Below, piece after piece: positions 63,018-64,000 of a stretch of 64,000 bases of DNA. Numbering within the stretch: position 1 is the first letter of the stretch; each line of letters begins with the position of its first letter. Both the position numbers and the translations under genes were made by a program. The notes under the pieces were generated by a model. That model made no database searches. It had not been told where the DNA came from and was given only the letters and a program-made list of their open reading frames with translations. The DNA comes from Spizellomyces punctatus DAOM BR117 (Eukaryota): NCBI GenBank assembly GCA_000182565.2, contig KQ257455.1. One strand, given 5' to 3'.

Positions 63018-64000
63018 TCACATTCCTCCCATAGAAAGCCGTCGTGATGGTCTTCGAGGTGGGTTTACGACACGCTTCGTTTTTGCTCTGGCCTTGCGCA
63101 ATTCCGCCAACTGATAGGGAACCGGAAATGGATTGTTCCGCGATACAACCCTATTTTCACATTGGGATGAACACAATATACATGACAATGATGTTTGCTT
63201 TGCGCTTACACTAATTTTCTTGCCGGCAGCGTGTATCCTTTCATATATCCCTGTAGAGTTGTCCATTGAGATTTTTCGTAGACAGAGCAAGCGGAACTTG
63301 TACTGCCTTACCTGGGCGATCAGGGCCACCACAATGCTCTCGAGACTAGCCATGTTCATATCCTGCACACCGGCAAATACACAGGCACGTAGAAGCTGAG
63401 CATAATCAAGTTGGGTCATGGCAGCATCGGGTTTCCCTTCTCTTGACAGCAGTAACCTAGAAACCGTAGTGACATCAGCCGGCGGCCCACTTCGAAGACA
63501 CAGCCCAAGTGTACGTACACACTTCGAAACAGGTTTCTGTACATAATAATACGCGTTCGATGCTCCAAAATATACAAAACTCCCAAACTCGCAAAAAAGC
63601 TCGCATTCTTCTCCAATAATCGGTCGTACTCGGCGAGATGGCCTCTTTTGTAGGCCGCAATCAGTGGCCCAAACGATTGGTCCAGTTGAAACTTCTCGAG
63701 AAGGTAGGTGCGTGGGATCATCCCTCGAATCATTCTGGCGACCACAAGAAGAGAGAATATACGGCTGATGAATTCAAATATGGTCAGATTGGCATGCCAC
63801 GACTAGTTGCACAAATTACCCACCATCGATTTGCTCCTGCCCGTGCATGACAATGTTCCAATGCAAACGATAAATGTCGCTCTGCCTAAAAGTAACGACA
63901 TCAGAAACGAATATATCTAAAGAGGTGCCGTCTACCTACCGCGCGAAATTTATGATAATACAGTTTCAGTCGCCCAACCAGGAAATGGTATGTAACTCGT
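63018..64000 (-). CDS. PCI-domain protein (PCID2/Thp1/Csn12-like), 3' part; continues past the window edge
   Basis: AERHLSFALEHC, LIAAYKRGHL, MYRNLF, ESIVVALIAQ|GYMKGY, VVSRNNPFP. Confidence 0.85.

Overview
Gene-dense, intron-rich eukaryotic DNA, inferred to be an early-diverging flagellated fungus (chytrid, Spizellomyces-like): short GT-AG introns, fungal housekeeping genes, a CFAP97-family flagellar gene and several animal-like genes. About 26 protein genes can be built by hand, including TFB5, which the ORF track misses. The main finding is a roughly 0.9-kb non-coding locus on the minus strand (about 40059-40950) with the architecture of a telomerase RNA: TATA box, boundary helix, CUAACCCUAA template, H-type pseudoknot with U-rich loop, core-enclosing helix, CR4/5-like junction and a candidate animal-type H/ACA 3' end. 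Second, an 8-BRCT animal-like TOPBP1 that keeps the CIP2A-binding motif lies 10 kb from a CIP2A homologue. Also present: a surface protein with an agrin NtA-like domain, a pseudokinase, recurrent RFX X-boxes, and a repeat-rich accessory block (42-47.8 kb) with duplicated promoter modules, minisatellites and a copied host-gene fragment. All family calls come from recalled motifs and base pairing by eye; no searches or folding programs were run. CDS coordinates span introns.
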